Assembly (NCBI RefSeq): GCF_964204645.1
Contig: NC_134032.1
Location: forward strand, 4,054,175-4,118,174
Reading direction: 5' to 3'
DNA from: Tubulanus polymorphus
Lineage: Eukaryota > Animalia > Nemertea
DNA length: 64,000 bases
The notes beneath the pieces were generated by a model, which did no database searches, had not been told where the DNA came from, and saw nothing but the letters and a program-made list of their open reading frames with translations. The position numbers and the translations under genes were made by a program. Shown here in pieces: positions 51,001 to 64,000 of the stretch. Position 1 is the first letter of the stretch. Each line of letters begins with the position of its first letter.

Positions 51001-51672
51001 AATATTTCCACTGTGTTAAGTGATGAAAGACCATTGGACGATTAAAGCTGCTATAATTATCTCAGTCTTGTTATGGATCCAAAAATCAAATCTTTGCTTA
51101 CAAATGAGGTTGTAACTTTGACACAACGTCATGCAATGCTATGTTTATGTGCAAAATGTAACTCGTGCGGCAAATATCTGTTGGAAATGAAATTTTGAAT
51201 GTCGCATTCATTTAAAAGAAATTAACGAATTTGTGGCTATCTTTTGAAAAATACCATGGAGCATTTTGTTTCATAAAATGTCTAGAAGGCTGTTATACAT
51301 GGTTATTTGATGTAAAATGAATGCTCCCTGCAGTTGGCTGATCTCCCGCAGCCAATCAATCTGCCGCAGCCAATCAATGTAAGGGCATATTCGATTATAT
51401 GAAACGGGCAAACCGGTCTATTAATCTGCTCAAATATTCGTGTGCCATTTTGTAGGATTTACTTTCTCATTTCCCAGTCATTGGAGAGTCTTACTGTATA
51501 TTTATTTAAATTTGATAGTTGTCCAAAACTATTGTATTATGCCAAAACCAGAGATTCAATCGATACGCTGCATCGTCAAACGCACGCACAATCGAATGGA
51601 CGGCTGATGCCATCTACTTTAGACGCAGGAACTTCCTGTATACATGATAACTCGAAAACTGTTTGAGATATA

Positions 51673-52417
51673 CAGTCATACCTCGATTTTACGCCACATT
51701 TGGGTATTACTGATTTTTTGAGGCAAACGGAGTGGCAGCAAATCGGGGTTGATGTCAAGTAGCTCAAATCCCTGCTAAATACCTACTATCTGCTCAGAAC
51801 GATGTATTTTGAAAGAATCTAAAACATCCTTTCAAAATTAAAAACCTTTTTACATAACAAACGTCGGGGTGCATCAGAACATCGTAGGCTACAAGTAGGA
51901 ATCCTATCACATTTAACATTTACGGTACGTACGATATTAATCGGGATCGATTCAAACATAGACATAGACGCTACTGTACGCTGCCTTAAATCATGGTCTT
52001 ATTCCATTGTACGGAAAAAAATGGTCAGCTATTTTCTGTTGCGATGGATCTTGGTTCCTACAGTTTTTTGTTTTACACTTGGCGCTGGTGGTGCCATCTA
52101 ATGAAATAGTTTTCATTATCGTACTCGACATGCAACACAGTGAGGTCATCGGATCGATGAACGAGGTCATCGGTATCGTATAATATAATCGAGGGCACGT
52201 TACTCGACTTTTATGATGGCGGTAAATCAGGAAATATTGTAATGCATTTGCATATGATTGTAGTAGGAGATTACGTTGGCGGTGGTGGTACGCGAGGGGC
52301 AATTAATCGGGGTTTTCCTGTACATTTTAGATGTTCAGTTTCCCATTGAATTTAGGCGGTAGGCGAGGTTGTCGGTGAATCGGGGGGGGGGGGGGGCGTT
52401 AAATCGAGGTATGACTG
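51673..52417. mobile_element. Tc1/mariner-pogo-type MITE with TA TSD
   Basis: TA-CAGTCATACCTCGATTT...AAATCGAGGTATGACTG-TA. Confidence 0.9.
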
Positions 52418-53720
52418 TAATCATGTAATTTTTATGCTACGTTTGTGTATGATAATATGAAAAGGAAGTGTATTGTAGTGGGAACTTCTCCGATTCAAGA
52501 TGGATTAATTATGGCCTACTTTCTGGTCACAATAGCATGTTTTGAACTTTTTATTTTTACGCTGTCTTCTGTACTTATTGCAGGTGTGCTTCCTCCGTTT
52601 CTTCACTCACCTGGGATTTATTAATGCTGTATGAGCATGCATTTTGACATAACTATGTTTGTTTTCTACAAATTATATTTTTTAAACTCTGCTGGTCACA
52701 TGCTTATATTTGATTCAACAATTGCACTTTTATAACTCTTCAACACGGTTTCAGTCTCTGAAAGAAAGGTGAATTGAATCTAAGAACCATATAAATGGGT
52801 CTCTAAACAGATTTCTAAACCTAAGACCCCAGAATATCTCAGGGTTCTGATTAATGAAGCAATGATGGATCATTTTAACTGATACCTGTATAGTATAACC
52901 ATTTTAAATCGTCCGAACTACACAAATCACGATTGAGACAGAGGTCAGTCAATCATCTTACCTTCATTTTCCAGAACTCAGTTCAGCGCCGCCAAAGTGT
53001 GGTTTCCGCCAATTATCTCAAATTATCTTGCTCCATTTTCCTGTAGAAACATAATTGTGTAGAATGCGCGATTCTCCAGAAACTGTTTTTCTAGATAAAA
53101 AAACATGCTCGCCGTTCAATTCCCTCACCCAACGGCACCACTGCTAATTAACCCTTTAGCACTTTTCTATTTTCATATTTTTTACTTTTGGGTACTTTAC
53201 TTATTTCTAACGGAGTTATTTTTGCCAACAGTGTCCCATATAGTAAATGCAACATGTGCATTCAGGTCCACAAAGGTTATTTTTTTCTGTTAGAGAACAT
53301 AAATGTCTACCGTAAGGAATGAGATTTCAAAGTTCATGACAAATATTCCCATCATGTGGTTACCATGGAAACCAACAAGTTTTGGGAAGAAATTGACTTA
53401 TGAAATGTGTCTTTGTAAATTTATTATTTTTTCACCAAATAACATACATAATTCACCACATTTGGAGAACCATAATATATCAACAAACATACAAATATAG
53501 TAATGACTTAGTGATTATTTGCTTTTACACACAATTGTTTCTCATTTCAGTGAAATATTACCCGAAATAAACTAATGAGAAAAAACAATACATTTTCTTT
53601 TTCATGTAAAGACACTGTTTTTGTTCAACGTGTCATGTTGATAACTATATGACAATAATAATGAGTTTATAAACTAATAAAGCCAAATTATCAAACCAAA
53701 AGCAATTTTTTATTTTCTTT

Positions 53721-54955
53721 ATAGCACACTTGGGACTTTAGTCCCAGCGGGCTATTGTGTTCACTTTTCGTCCGTCGTTCATCCGTCCGTCCGTAGACAG
53801 AATCCAGTTATTTTGGGAAGTTTTTTAGACACTTCAAGGTAATGTCTTGATATTTGGGTTACACATGTATCTACCCTAGACCCATCTTCAGCCCAAAAAC
53901 TGGCCCTGTCAGAATCAAGATGGCCGACTGGCAGCCATTGTTGTTTGCCAAAATCAGCATTTTTATAACGTTTTGAACTTATTGAGGGAAATTTTGAAGA
54001 CGCTTTGATCAATAACCTTGATCTTTGGTATATATTTGAATCCCCCCAGGACCCATACACGTAACAAAAATTGGGTTGATCGGACATAAGATGGTCGTCC
54101 TATGACCTTTTTAGTGCCCAAAAATGTCAATTTTGGCCCGAATTCTGAGTCCTGTAGCTTCCTACAGGTTTGCCATTTCTCATTGCAATTGCTGATGGCT
54201 ATTCTTTGGAAAGGGATGTTTTATACGTGAGATCAGCCAATTATGACGCGATTGACATCTTGGTGTTATCGGTACTCATTCGAAGGTGGGAAAAGTTTTT
54301 CGACATTATATTAGCTAAGCATATTTTGTTACCGCAATGAATTAGAAAGTTGTAGCTTATAAGGTGTTCTATGATTGTGGTGAGTTTCAAGGTCATTAGT
54401 TTTTGTATATGGCCACCAGGGGGCGTTGAATAATATAAAATCTTAGTATTTCTATATTATATTTGTACCAATGCATATTTTGTTACCACGATCAATTGCA
54501 AAGTTGTAGCTCATGACATAATCTATGATTGTGGCAAGTTTTAAGGCCATTAGTAATTCTATATGGTCACCAGGGGGCATTGAATAGTTGAATAATTTAG
54601 TATTTCCTTATTAAATTGGCATATTTTGTTAACATGATCAATTGCAAAGTTGTAGTTCATGACATTTTCTATGATTGTGGCGAGTTTCAAGGTCATTGGG
54701 TTTTGAACATGGTCACCAGGGGGCGTTGAATTGTAGAATGACATAGGGTTTCCATATTATATTGGTAACAACGCATATTTTGTTATCACAATCAATTACA
54801 AAATCGTAGCAAATGACATGTTCTATGATTGTGGTGAGTTTCAAGGTCATTGGTTTTTGTATATGGTCAGCAGGGGGCGTTGAATATTGAAATTGTTAGA
54901 TTGTCGAGCATTTGAAACCACTTCCCAAGTGGGCATGGTGTCCCTGGACCCCTAG
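53721..54955 (+). mobile_element. Apparently complete Helentron-type non-autonomous element (HINE/DINE-1-like)
   Basis: T-rich flanks, 5' subTIR CACTTGGGA with a TGGGAC/GTCCCA hairpin, (CGTC)n microsatellite, four 146-154-bp units, 3' subTIR TCCCAAGTG, GTCC/GGAC stem and CTAG-TTT end. Confidence 0.88.
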
Positions 54956-56314
54956 TTTATACATAAAAGGTCAAATATACAAATTTATAATCAACATCTA
55001 CATATACTTGTGAGAAGAAATATTCCAAATACCTCTAAGTTAATGTCACAAAATCTTTGAAATATATGTGTGTTATCAGGCAAAAACCTCTTATGCAAAA
55101 CTACTGTCAAGTGACAACTTCTGTTTTGATATAATCAGCTGTTTCATGCAAATCGATTGGATGGTTCCCAAAAACGAAGAAATATTACAATACCTGTTTT
55201 TCAGTGGCATCCAGCAGCATATGCAGTTACAGTTAGCATGTCCAATATTAAAACTTCAATATGAAAAGTGAACACATGTAAGTCCATTGAAAGTCAAAGT
55301 CTTCCGATTCTCCCCCATTACACTCCGGATGAATAGTGGTGTCACATTAGAAGAGAAAGTCCAAGAAAATAAGTTAATGAGCTTACTTTTTAATGCAGAC
55401 TCAAACAATGTATCCAAATTGACTAACTTTTTATCTTTGCAAAAACAGAAAACCTTCTTATGAGGAATTAAAAAAATTAAATTAATACTCACTCATGTAT
55501 CACCCCCTTAAACACAAATTCATTCTAATTCACAAATGTAAAGATTTATATCCTATCAGATATTCATGCTGTTTTGACTTACTCTGGCTTCTGTTCGTGT
55601 GCTTAAGTATGCAGACAAATTACGAGTTGTTTTTGCCTTTTAATTTTGAATAAAGAATAAAAAATGAATGAAATATCATTTAATGCAATTCTCCAGAGGA
55701 CAAAATGTCTCATGTCCCTTAGATAGATATGACCTTAGAGAAGTCAAAGATCGACTTCTTCATATCAATATGGCAAACCAATAGAATTTAGTAATTGCCA
55801 AACATTCTATTGAATAAATGAATATACCTTTCTCTGGCTTAGTTGAGTCTCAACTATATCATCAGGATCTGAAGAGTTCTACAAAACATGATTTATTTTC
55901 AACTGATTTCACATAACTCCATATATACGTTCGGAATTATTCATCATATTAAATTCATCAAACTGTAAAAATCTAATCTTGCCTCACTTCAGTATGACTT
56001 AAATCCCCATTATCCACACGTTCCTGTTTCTTTGAATTACGACTGCCTTCATTTCCTGATCCTCAAACATCAGATGTGGTTATGCCCTACAAAATGTTAG
56101 CATAAATAAGCATAATTAACAATAATCTAAAACTGAAGAAACACAAGTGAGTACAAAATCCAGAGAGTAATCGAAATTCATGAATATTGATACTTACTCG
56201 TACATGTTCGTCATTCTTATGTACGTGTACATGTGGCCTAAATACTGCATAGATCGCCCCATTTAAACTGTGATCCTTCAGAAAATTATGAGCTGTCATT
56301 TTGACCAGAATTTT

Positions 56315-56760
56315 TTAAATCCGAGAACTCGAATCAAGTAAACAAAACAATTTGTTTTTGAGTTTCAGGACAAGCCAATGGTCGCTATTACCAGTCTTTA
56401 TCAAATTTTGATCCTGAGAATCTATGAAGGCCGCAGATAGTATGCCTTCTAATTCTAGCAAACTTGCACACCTTCTTATGGCTAAAAACTGTATTACAAT
56501 AGCTGTAACCAAATGTTTGAAGACATTCTATCAATACATCTATGTTATAAAATCCTTCACGATCTTGTAAAGCTGATATATTAATTAACGGTCCAACTAT
56601 AGAATTTTCAAACTGACGTATCCACATTGTGTCAGCAATTTTGTCTAGCATATCAACTGAAGCTTGAAATGTACCATCTGAGGAGCCAAGGATGTTGTTA
56701 TTCACAGCACACAGCCCACAATAATTAGTGGTACCTTGGTATTGAAAATAGTTTGAAGAA
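56315..56760 (-). pseudogene. Josephin-family (ataxin-3/JOSD-like) cysteine protease domain, frameshifted
   Basis: YFQYQGTTN / LCGLCAVNNNILG...FQASVDMLDKIADTMW...EGFYNIDVLIECL... / SDHWLVLK...FCLLDS. Cys, His and Asp appear in Josephin order and context. Confidence 0.7.
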
Positions 56761-57199
56761 GTAATTTGAATTCAGATTTTCATCACTCAATTCGGCAACT
56801 ACGATGTCTGACACAAGATAGCCCTATGGATGTCGCTTTGCATTTCCCGTAATTGCTGCAATATGAGTTCTGCTCGATTGATGATTTGCTGCCTTCTGTG
56901 ATCAGGATTTAATGTACTGGTACTTATCTGAGGTTTATCTTGAGAAGATATGTGTTGATCATCAGTCCTTGTGAGGAGATATGATCCATCAGATAGATAG
57001 ATAGAATAACTACATGAATAATGATAATCATAGTACAAATTATAGTAACAGTATTCATGACAATAATAACAGTAATAATGAATTATAATACAAGAGAAAA
57101 TTAATTCAATAAATTCATGGTTAGAGGCAACGGTTAATGATAAATTCTTTACAATGATTTTATAAACGAACTTAATTTCAATAACTATGAGCAGATAAT

Positions 57200-57620
57200 T
57201 TATTAAACCTTGAGACAAGAGAACAGATACTAGGCACTTTACGAAGATGATCAGGAGTATTTTGCCATATAATAGGTACTTGAGCCAAGAAAGAATTATG
57301 AAAAGTTTAGTGGTATGCTGTTTAACCCTCGCATAATTTCTACTTCTAGTATTGTATTTATGAAAGTCTGAGTTTATATGGAATAGATCAAAAATTGGGG
57401 TTGGTAATTTCCTATAAAAATGGTTGTATCCCAATTTGAGGACTTCAAACTTAATCAGGTCATCAAATTTTATGATTTTATATTTCTTGCAGATAGGTCC
57501 AGTTGCCGCATTAAAAGCTGTATTGTCAATATGTCGGATAGCTTTTTTTGGATTTTGTAGACAGCATTTGATTATTTTGCAGATAGAAGTAGTCCCCAGA
57601 CACTGAGGAAATAATTGATA
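57200..57620 (-). mobile_element. CR1/L2-group LINE 3' fragment
   Basis: KKAIRHI...TGPICKKYKIIKFDDL...LPTPIFDLF...HKYNTRS, the typical ORF2 C-terminus, followed by an AT-rich tail. Confidence 0.8.
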
Positions 57621-57863
57621 TGGTTTTGAATATAAGTAGTACATAATTAATTTGCTAGAGACTGGAAGTTTTTTGGTTTCCCTTTGTCAGCGATATGAAG
57701 TTGGCATTGAGCCAATTCATGTAAAATCGTGGTACGTTTTTTTATGTGAGCATTTGTCTATTTGGTTCTCGGCTTAAACGACGTATAATCGATGCGATTA
57801 AAGATATGGCGAACCTCCGTCGATGACATGGTCAACATTGTTTAAATTCTACAAAAAACTGTT

Positions 57864-57875
57864 TTTGGCGGGAAA
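57864..57875. promoter_or_regulatory. Canonical E2F-type motif TTTGGCGGGAAA
   Basis: Exact motif in a CpG-richer patch upstream of the minus-strand Josephin-like region. Function unproven. Confidence 0.3.
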
Positions 57876-59152
57876 ATTCTTAGCTCTCGCGTATATAATT
57901 GCAATGACCTCGTTTGAGGGGCGTTGTCTCTACGAGCGAATGTGATTGGCTGTTTTTGGGATATACGGGGAATTCCGGCGCTACTAAAATAATCATGGGA
58001 AAGCCATAGAATGGCGAACGTTTCATTGGACTAGGTGCCGTACGTGCAAATTTCAAATGCTCATTGCTGATGAGAATGTAATTATTGTCCGCCATAGGTA
58101 TTGTTTCATTTTAATACTCGGGGATTAATTTGATCCACACTGAAGTGCAAGCAAACATTCACTTACACAAGGCCTCCACACGTGCGCGCGGAGTGCTATA
58201 GACTGTTGCATACACAAACACACGCTCTTGTCAATTTTTAACATTTTTTTGGTCGTTTTCCACGTGTAAATAGTCCGAATGTTTATTGTAGCCTTTCCTC
58301 GGGTAGATGTTTGTGTAAAAATCCTCTAAGTTGATTGTCCCGCGTGCTGACTAGATAAAACGGAAGCACATTTTGAAAAGCAAATTATCCAGATGAGAGT
58401 TTGGTCCTGGTATCCGAAGTGTAGTTGTATGACATCGACGGTGCACGCTCCGATGAGGATAGGTTTCTCCGTCAAGGGGTGCAGTTGGTACTTCACATCT
58501 GGTGCTGAGTTTGCCTAAAAGTAAAAGTTGTACACGGGGAGCAGTTTTGTGTTTCTAATATACAGTGCATAGTTAGGTCCGTGGATGCGTCGCGATCTAA
58601 CAGACAGTGCTATGCGCATTGATAGACCGTCAGTAAGAAAGCGACACAGGCACGCGAGTTTGATTAATACAATGATACATATGTACAGTCTTGATCGGGT
58701 TTTATTTACAGGCATGATCAAAAAATTGCATGCCACTCTGGCGGCTATCTGACAGTGCTAGCGTAATGGAAGACCGTCAGTGATCACCAAGGCGGCACGC
58801 CCAGTTAATCATTTGTCACAATTAGGTTTTTTTTTGGTAGGTCTTAATGAGACCGGTGTCAGGAGGCAACCTTCCAATCACCACTGCACAAAAATAGACT
58901 GAGCTTGCTATCCTGAAGCCAAAACGGAGGCAGCTTTCCAGTTATCGCGGCAGTGAGACTGAGTTTACAGTCCAAAACCAGAAACAATAAGGTATCTATG
59001 CGTATGTGATGATATAGGACAAAAGTGGTCAGACAGTTCTATGCGCATTGATAGACCGTCATCCCTGTTCATTCTAAATCAGAACATACCTCAAGTGTCA
59101 AAGTCAGGATATGTAGGTGTACTAAACTAATAAAAGGCGTTAGGTTAAGTAA

Positions 59153-62100
59153 TTAATAGACTACATCGATAGTGTCAATTGTGATTCTGTTTACTGTATT
59201 TAGTCCGTTTACGTCTAGGTTTATAAATATATTGTTAAGACTCCAAATATGAAGATTTCGTTGCAGTATTATTTCTTGGTTTATGCGATCTATAAGTGCG
59301 TTTTTGAAATAAATTATAGTGTTGATGCGACCAGAGCCCTGTTCTAGATTGTAATGATTCTTGTACAAAATGAATTGTGCGAGAAATAAAAGATAGTTCG
59401 CAAGTGTGCGTTTGAAAAAGTCTCTTTCTATTGTTTTGGTAATTCCTGTGTAGACGATGTCTCGAGTGATTCGTATAGGTGTGCCTATTATGCGTTCAAA
59501 GATTGGTTGTATGCGTGAATATAATTGTTGTGCTTCTGTGCATGAGTATACTACATGGTCATTTGTTGCCGCGCGTCCGTAAATTTTACAATTTGGATCA
59601 GTTTTTATTTTCCAAAGTACTAATTTTGAAGCAGTCGCAAGATTATTATGTAGTAATTTCCAATGAATATCACTAAACCGTTTATCAATATGTTTATTTT
59701 AAACTTCATTCCAAATTTCCGGCCAATTCAGATCCATATTTAGCATTTCAGTAATTTTTGTTTGTCCAATTGGCATGATTTGATGGAGATTTTTTAATAA
59801 TAAAATTCTATAAATTTGAGATGATGAAATTTTTCCTACAGCACAACTTATGTTATCAAACTGGACGTAGATTTTCGGTAACTCGCCAGGATCTAAATTT
59901 TGGTCAGATATAATTAGTTTCCAATGTTGCGGTATCGCATTGTGTATACGTGTGTGTTTTAATCTATTTGTTAACGGAGTTTCATTAAGTGGTTTATAAT
60001 TGCCACGATTATCAAATTAATGTTGCAAATTGGTTATACCGTGTTGTATGTACTGTGTGAAATCAGTTTTCCTGTTGAGCTTAATTTTTGGATTGCCAAA
60101 AATAGGTTTCTGCAAAATTTCAGTAATGGTTTCAGTCGAAGTCAGATGTTGTTGAAAAACTGTCCATGCTTTTAATAAATGTCTGTAGTAGTCGTTTGAA
60201 ATTGTTTTTTTAGGTAGCTCATTGTGAATGATGTTTGACATATTCCAGCCAGGGCCAATGTATTTTTGCAGATTGTAGTTAATTAGTGGTTTCCAGTGTG
60301 TAGGTTTTAGAGCGTGGTTAATGATCGTTGTAATTGCCTGTGTTTGTTGTCTGTATTTTATGTTGTGTATGTCGAGGCCTCCGTGTTCGATTTTTTTGTG
60401 TAGTATGTTTTTGCCGACAAGTCGTTTTCCATTGTCCCATAGGAAATTGACGATTTTTGGTTCAAAGATTTTGATATACTTGTCCGGGACTGGAAATATT
60501 TCGGAAGTGTACCATAAAAGCGGTAATATAAATGAGTTTATGACGACATTTTTGCCGTGTAAAGATAGTTTAGTTTGGCGCCAGAGGTTTATTATATTTT
60601 GAATTTTATTAACTTTTGGATTCCAGTTTAAATCATCAGTATTTTCATTGCCAAAATGAATACCATAAATTTTCATTGATTTCTTCCAATTTAAGTCTAA
60701 AGGTTTATCGTTTCTATTTTTCCAGGATCCAATCCACATACATTCAGTTTTATCTTTATTAACTTTTGCACCTGACGCTCGTTCGAAAAGGGTTAACGTT
60801 GTAAAAACTTGGTCTAAAGACTCTAAGTCAGTGAGACATAATGTAGTGTCATCTGCGTATTGCTTGATTTTAATTTATGTGTCGTCCGGTAGTTTTACTC
60901 CTTTAATGTTGTTGTTTTCACGTATTTTAATTGCTAGTGGTTCTGCTGCTATTATGTAGAGTATTGCGCTCATGGGACATCCCTGTCTTACGCCTCTTTC
61001 TAAAGTGAACGGTTTAGTTAAGAAGCCATTACTTTTAATTCTGGATTTTGGATTTGAATAACAAGTTTTGATATATTTAATTAGATTTTCTCCAAAACCG
61101 AAAGATTCTAAAGTTTTAAACATATACTGCCAGTCGACGCGGTCGAAAGCTTTCATTTGATCAATGGTTACTAAAAATGCTTCTAAATTATCATTATTAA
61201 CGTAATCAATTAAGTCTCTAATTATATGACCGTTGTCTTGGATTCGACGTCCCTTCACGCTACATGTCTGGTCAGGGTGAATTATGTCTGTTAGACAGTT
61301 GATTAGTCTGTTAGCGAGAACTTTTGTGAATATTTTGTAATCTGTACATAGTAATGAGATTGGTCTCCAATTTTTTAAGTCTGTTTTGTCATTTTTCTTA
61401 TGAATTAATGATATAATGCCGGTTTGCATTGATTTAGAAAGTCTATTTTCTTGTATACACGCGTGTACTAACTGCAGAAAGTCACCTCGGAGAGTATACC
61501 AAAATGTTCTATAAAATTCAATAGGTAGACCGTCTATACCGGGAGATTTATTATTTTGAAAAGATTTGACCGAATTTGTTAATTCGTTGATATCTATTTC
61601 GGAGTCATGCTGAAGTTTCTTTTGATTAGAGATTTGAGGTAGATTAGCCAGGAATATATTTTGGGTTTCCAAATCGATTTCTTCTTTTCTATATAGGTGT
61701 TTATAGAAATTAAGTTGAACTTTTTCAATGTCTTTTTGACCAGTTTTAATTTCACCTAAATTGTTTTTGAGAGTTCTGATGTGATTCGCTTTAGCGCGTT
61801 GCTTTTCATAATTTGCAAAGAAAGTACTTGTCTTCTCTCCGAATTCTCTCCACTCGATCTTTGATCTAATCATTGCACTTTTTGCTTTTTCAATTTCGAA
61901 GTCGCGAATACGTTTGGTAAGGTATTCAATTTGATTTTGGTTAGTGTTTACCCCTAAATCAGAGAGTTTTTCGAGAATGAATAATTCAGGTTCTAAAGAT
62001 TTCTTAAGATTGTTTTTGATTTTTCTGAGTTCTGAAGCAAATTTTATTGATCTGGTTTTTATTTGAATTTTGCCCTCTTCCCACCATTCAATAATTGAGT

Positions 62101-62967
62101 CGTAGAATAGTTTGTGATTTTGCCATTGTGTCCAAAAGTCTGTTATCATAGTGATGTAATTAGGGTTCTGCAGTAGTTCTTTGTTGAGATGCCAGTATCC
62201 CTTGCCACGTTTACCTTGAGAGGAGTTAATTACTAATTCGACGATCTTGTGATCGGAATGAATAGAGTTGACATGTTTCACATGCTCTATGTCTGGCTGT
62301 AGAGTGTCTGATACATAAAATCGATCTATTCTTGTTTTAATTACATTGTTATTTCGTTTTGCTACTCTAGAGAATGCTGGTGTGTCTGGATTTTTAAGTC
62401 TGTAGGCGTCTGCTAATCTGTATTGTTGACATAAGTTTGCTAATTGTTCTGAACCACTTCTTATACTCGACGAATTGGCAGATGTTGATTCTCGATCTAA
62501 AGGACTCTCTATACAATTAAAATCTCCAGCTATTATTGTATGTTCATTTTGATTGAGGTTGAGATAATTACTGATATTGTTTATAAAATTTTTCCTATAG
62601 CGCTCTTTATTCGGGGCGTAAATATTGACAATGTTATAAATTTGACCAGATATAGAGATTTTCAAAGCCATTAACCTGCCTTGTGTGTCCGTTGAGTTAC
62701 TTAAAATTGAATAGTTTAAAGATCTCCTAATGCCAATAGTTACTCCACATTTTCTCTCATTCGTAAAGTTAGATAATATCTCAAAATTCCTCGATAAGGG
62801 TTTAAATTTCTTTGAATTTCGTAGTCACTAGATAAATGGGTTTCTTGTAGTAAGAAGATATCGTGCAGCTTAAGTTTTTCAAAAATGCTTATAGTTCGAG
62901 AGTTAGAGTAGGCTAAGCCATTGCAATTGAGTGATAATAATCTTATACGTCCTAATGTATTCGCCAT
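59153..62967 (-). pseudogene. Tx1/L1 ORF2 (APE endonuclease, reverse transcriptase, C-terminal region), disrupted
   Basis: SLNCNGL, LQETH, NIYAPN, GDFN, RIDRF, SDH, KSPGIDG, WRPISLL, DQMKAFD, GVRQGCP, QYADD. Frameshift near 62740 and stops at 60875 and 60017. Confidence 0.93.
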
Positions 62968-63008
62968 GTTTTCAGTACCTACATAATAAGTGGAAAATAT
63001 ACATCACC

Positions 63009-64000
63009 TTAGGTCGTTCTCTTGTTTTTTGGCTTTGCTGTCCCGGTTTTGGGTTGAGTTTTCTTCTGTGTCCGATTCACTTGTGGTGGACTCGTTTTCG
63101 CGGGTTCGGTCGTAGCCACGCTTCCATCATCCATCGCGGGTTCATCGTCTTTGTTTGGCGTCTGTGTTTTTTTTGTCGTGGCTACCGGAGCCTCATTGTC
63201 AGTGGTAGATGTAGGGATCCTCTGAGACTTCTTCGGTGTCTGTGGCAGCTCAGTAGGAGAGGACGGTCTCTTCCTGGTTTCCTCGGGTTTCGAGTTGGTC
63301 TTGGCCGCGACAGTTTCCACAACCCTGGTATCTGGAACTTTACTGGTAGTGCTTGCTGCTTCTGCTGGTGTTGGATTGGTCTTCCTTATACTTTGCGAAG
63401 CCATATTCTGTCGATGATGAATTTGTCTGCAGCGATCCGGGGTGTGTGTCGGATGCGAACACGTAACCTGGCATTCAACCCACGTGTGGTTGAATTCTCC
63501 GCAAATCGCGCAGTGATCTGGCTGACCGTTGTAGTATACTCGGATGAGTAAAAGTCCATAAAGTTTTGATTCTAAAGCAATGTTCCTCGGGATCGGCTAG
63601 GAAATAACTACTTCCAGGACTCGCTTCTCACCGTTACGGAAGTTTGTTTTGCCAAGTGTTGGGTGATAAGACCCTGTCAGAATGTTTCCATATCGTTTTA
63701 TGATGCTGTCAACTACATCATGTGGGCAGTCGGTCGGGACACCTTCTATTCTTAAAATTGTTGGAGTTTCAAGCGCTGATCTAAATCTTACTGTTGCTCC
63801 TCTGTGACTGATTGTATGTTTCTTCAAAATATCGTATTTGTCGGATGAACCACAGAATACACCGACATTGTACGGGTTAAAATCAATAACTTTTTCGATG
63901 CATTCACTCGATGTTCGGTTGTTGTGTAGAATTTCACAAATCTGGTTTATGTCCAATTTGCTGTATTGTACTCGAATCTTTGGTACGAGCAAGAAGTTTT
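63009..64000 (-). pseudogene. Tx1/L1 ORF1 (RRM-like region, CCHC zinc knuckle, low-complexity tail), disrupted
   Basis: LRIEGVPTD...RYGNI...FRNGEKRV, then the knuckle CAICGEFNHTWVEC near 63470-63512, and a K/T/P-rich C-terminus. Confidence 0.8.

Larger units (their letters stand above)
58827..64000 (-). mobile_element. Tx1/L1-clade non-LTR retrotransposon, 5' end beyond the window
   Basis: ORF1 and ORF2 in tandem, a 3' UTR, and an oligo(A) tail seen as a T run at 58827-58836. Confidence 0.93.

Noticed and set aside
56799-57644. 281-aa ORF as a single gene
   Set aside because: Chance fusion of a LINE 3' fragment, its AT-rich tail and flanking sequence.
62931-63551. 206-aa plus-strand ORF
   Set aside because: Antisense shadow of the low-complexity tail of LINE ORF1.

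Overview
AT-rich, repeat-dense animal genomic DNA with spliceosomal introns, most likely from an invertebrate such as a lophotrochozoan (inferred from the gene families). It is not prokaryotic and contains no CRISPR array. Host-type genes: an intronless class A GPCR (17651-18610, -), a small secreted PAN/apple protein (22357-22704, -), an opsin-like pseudogene that keeps the Schiff-base lysine (26640-27227, +), and a 3-exon CUB/C-type lectin/LDLa/LRR/7TM GRL101-type receptor (32005-38638, +) with one frameshift. Most of the rest is mobile DNA. There are three Polinton/Maverick fragments (packaging ATPase plus integrase tail, a pPolB N-terminus next to a 411-bp palindrome, and a second integrase tail), an Academ-like transposase relic, and P-like foldback elements with 8-bp TSDs, one inserted into a terminus of its own family. 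Also present are Helentron-type elements carrying ~150-bp tandem units, several MITEs, CR1/L2-group LINE fragments, a near-complete Tx1/L1 LINE at the right edge, and a 2.8-kb 20-bp minisatellite. The least explained object is a decayed minus-strand region (about 48900-57900) with Josephin deubiquitinase-like, ParB-like GGNH and duplicated PHD modules. All calls were made by eye, without database searches. Boundaries of decayed elements are approximate.
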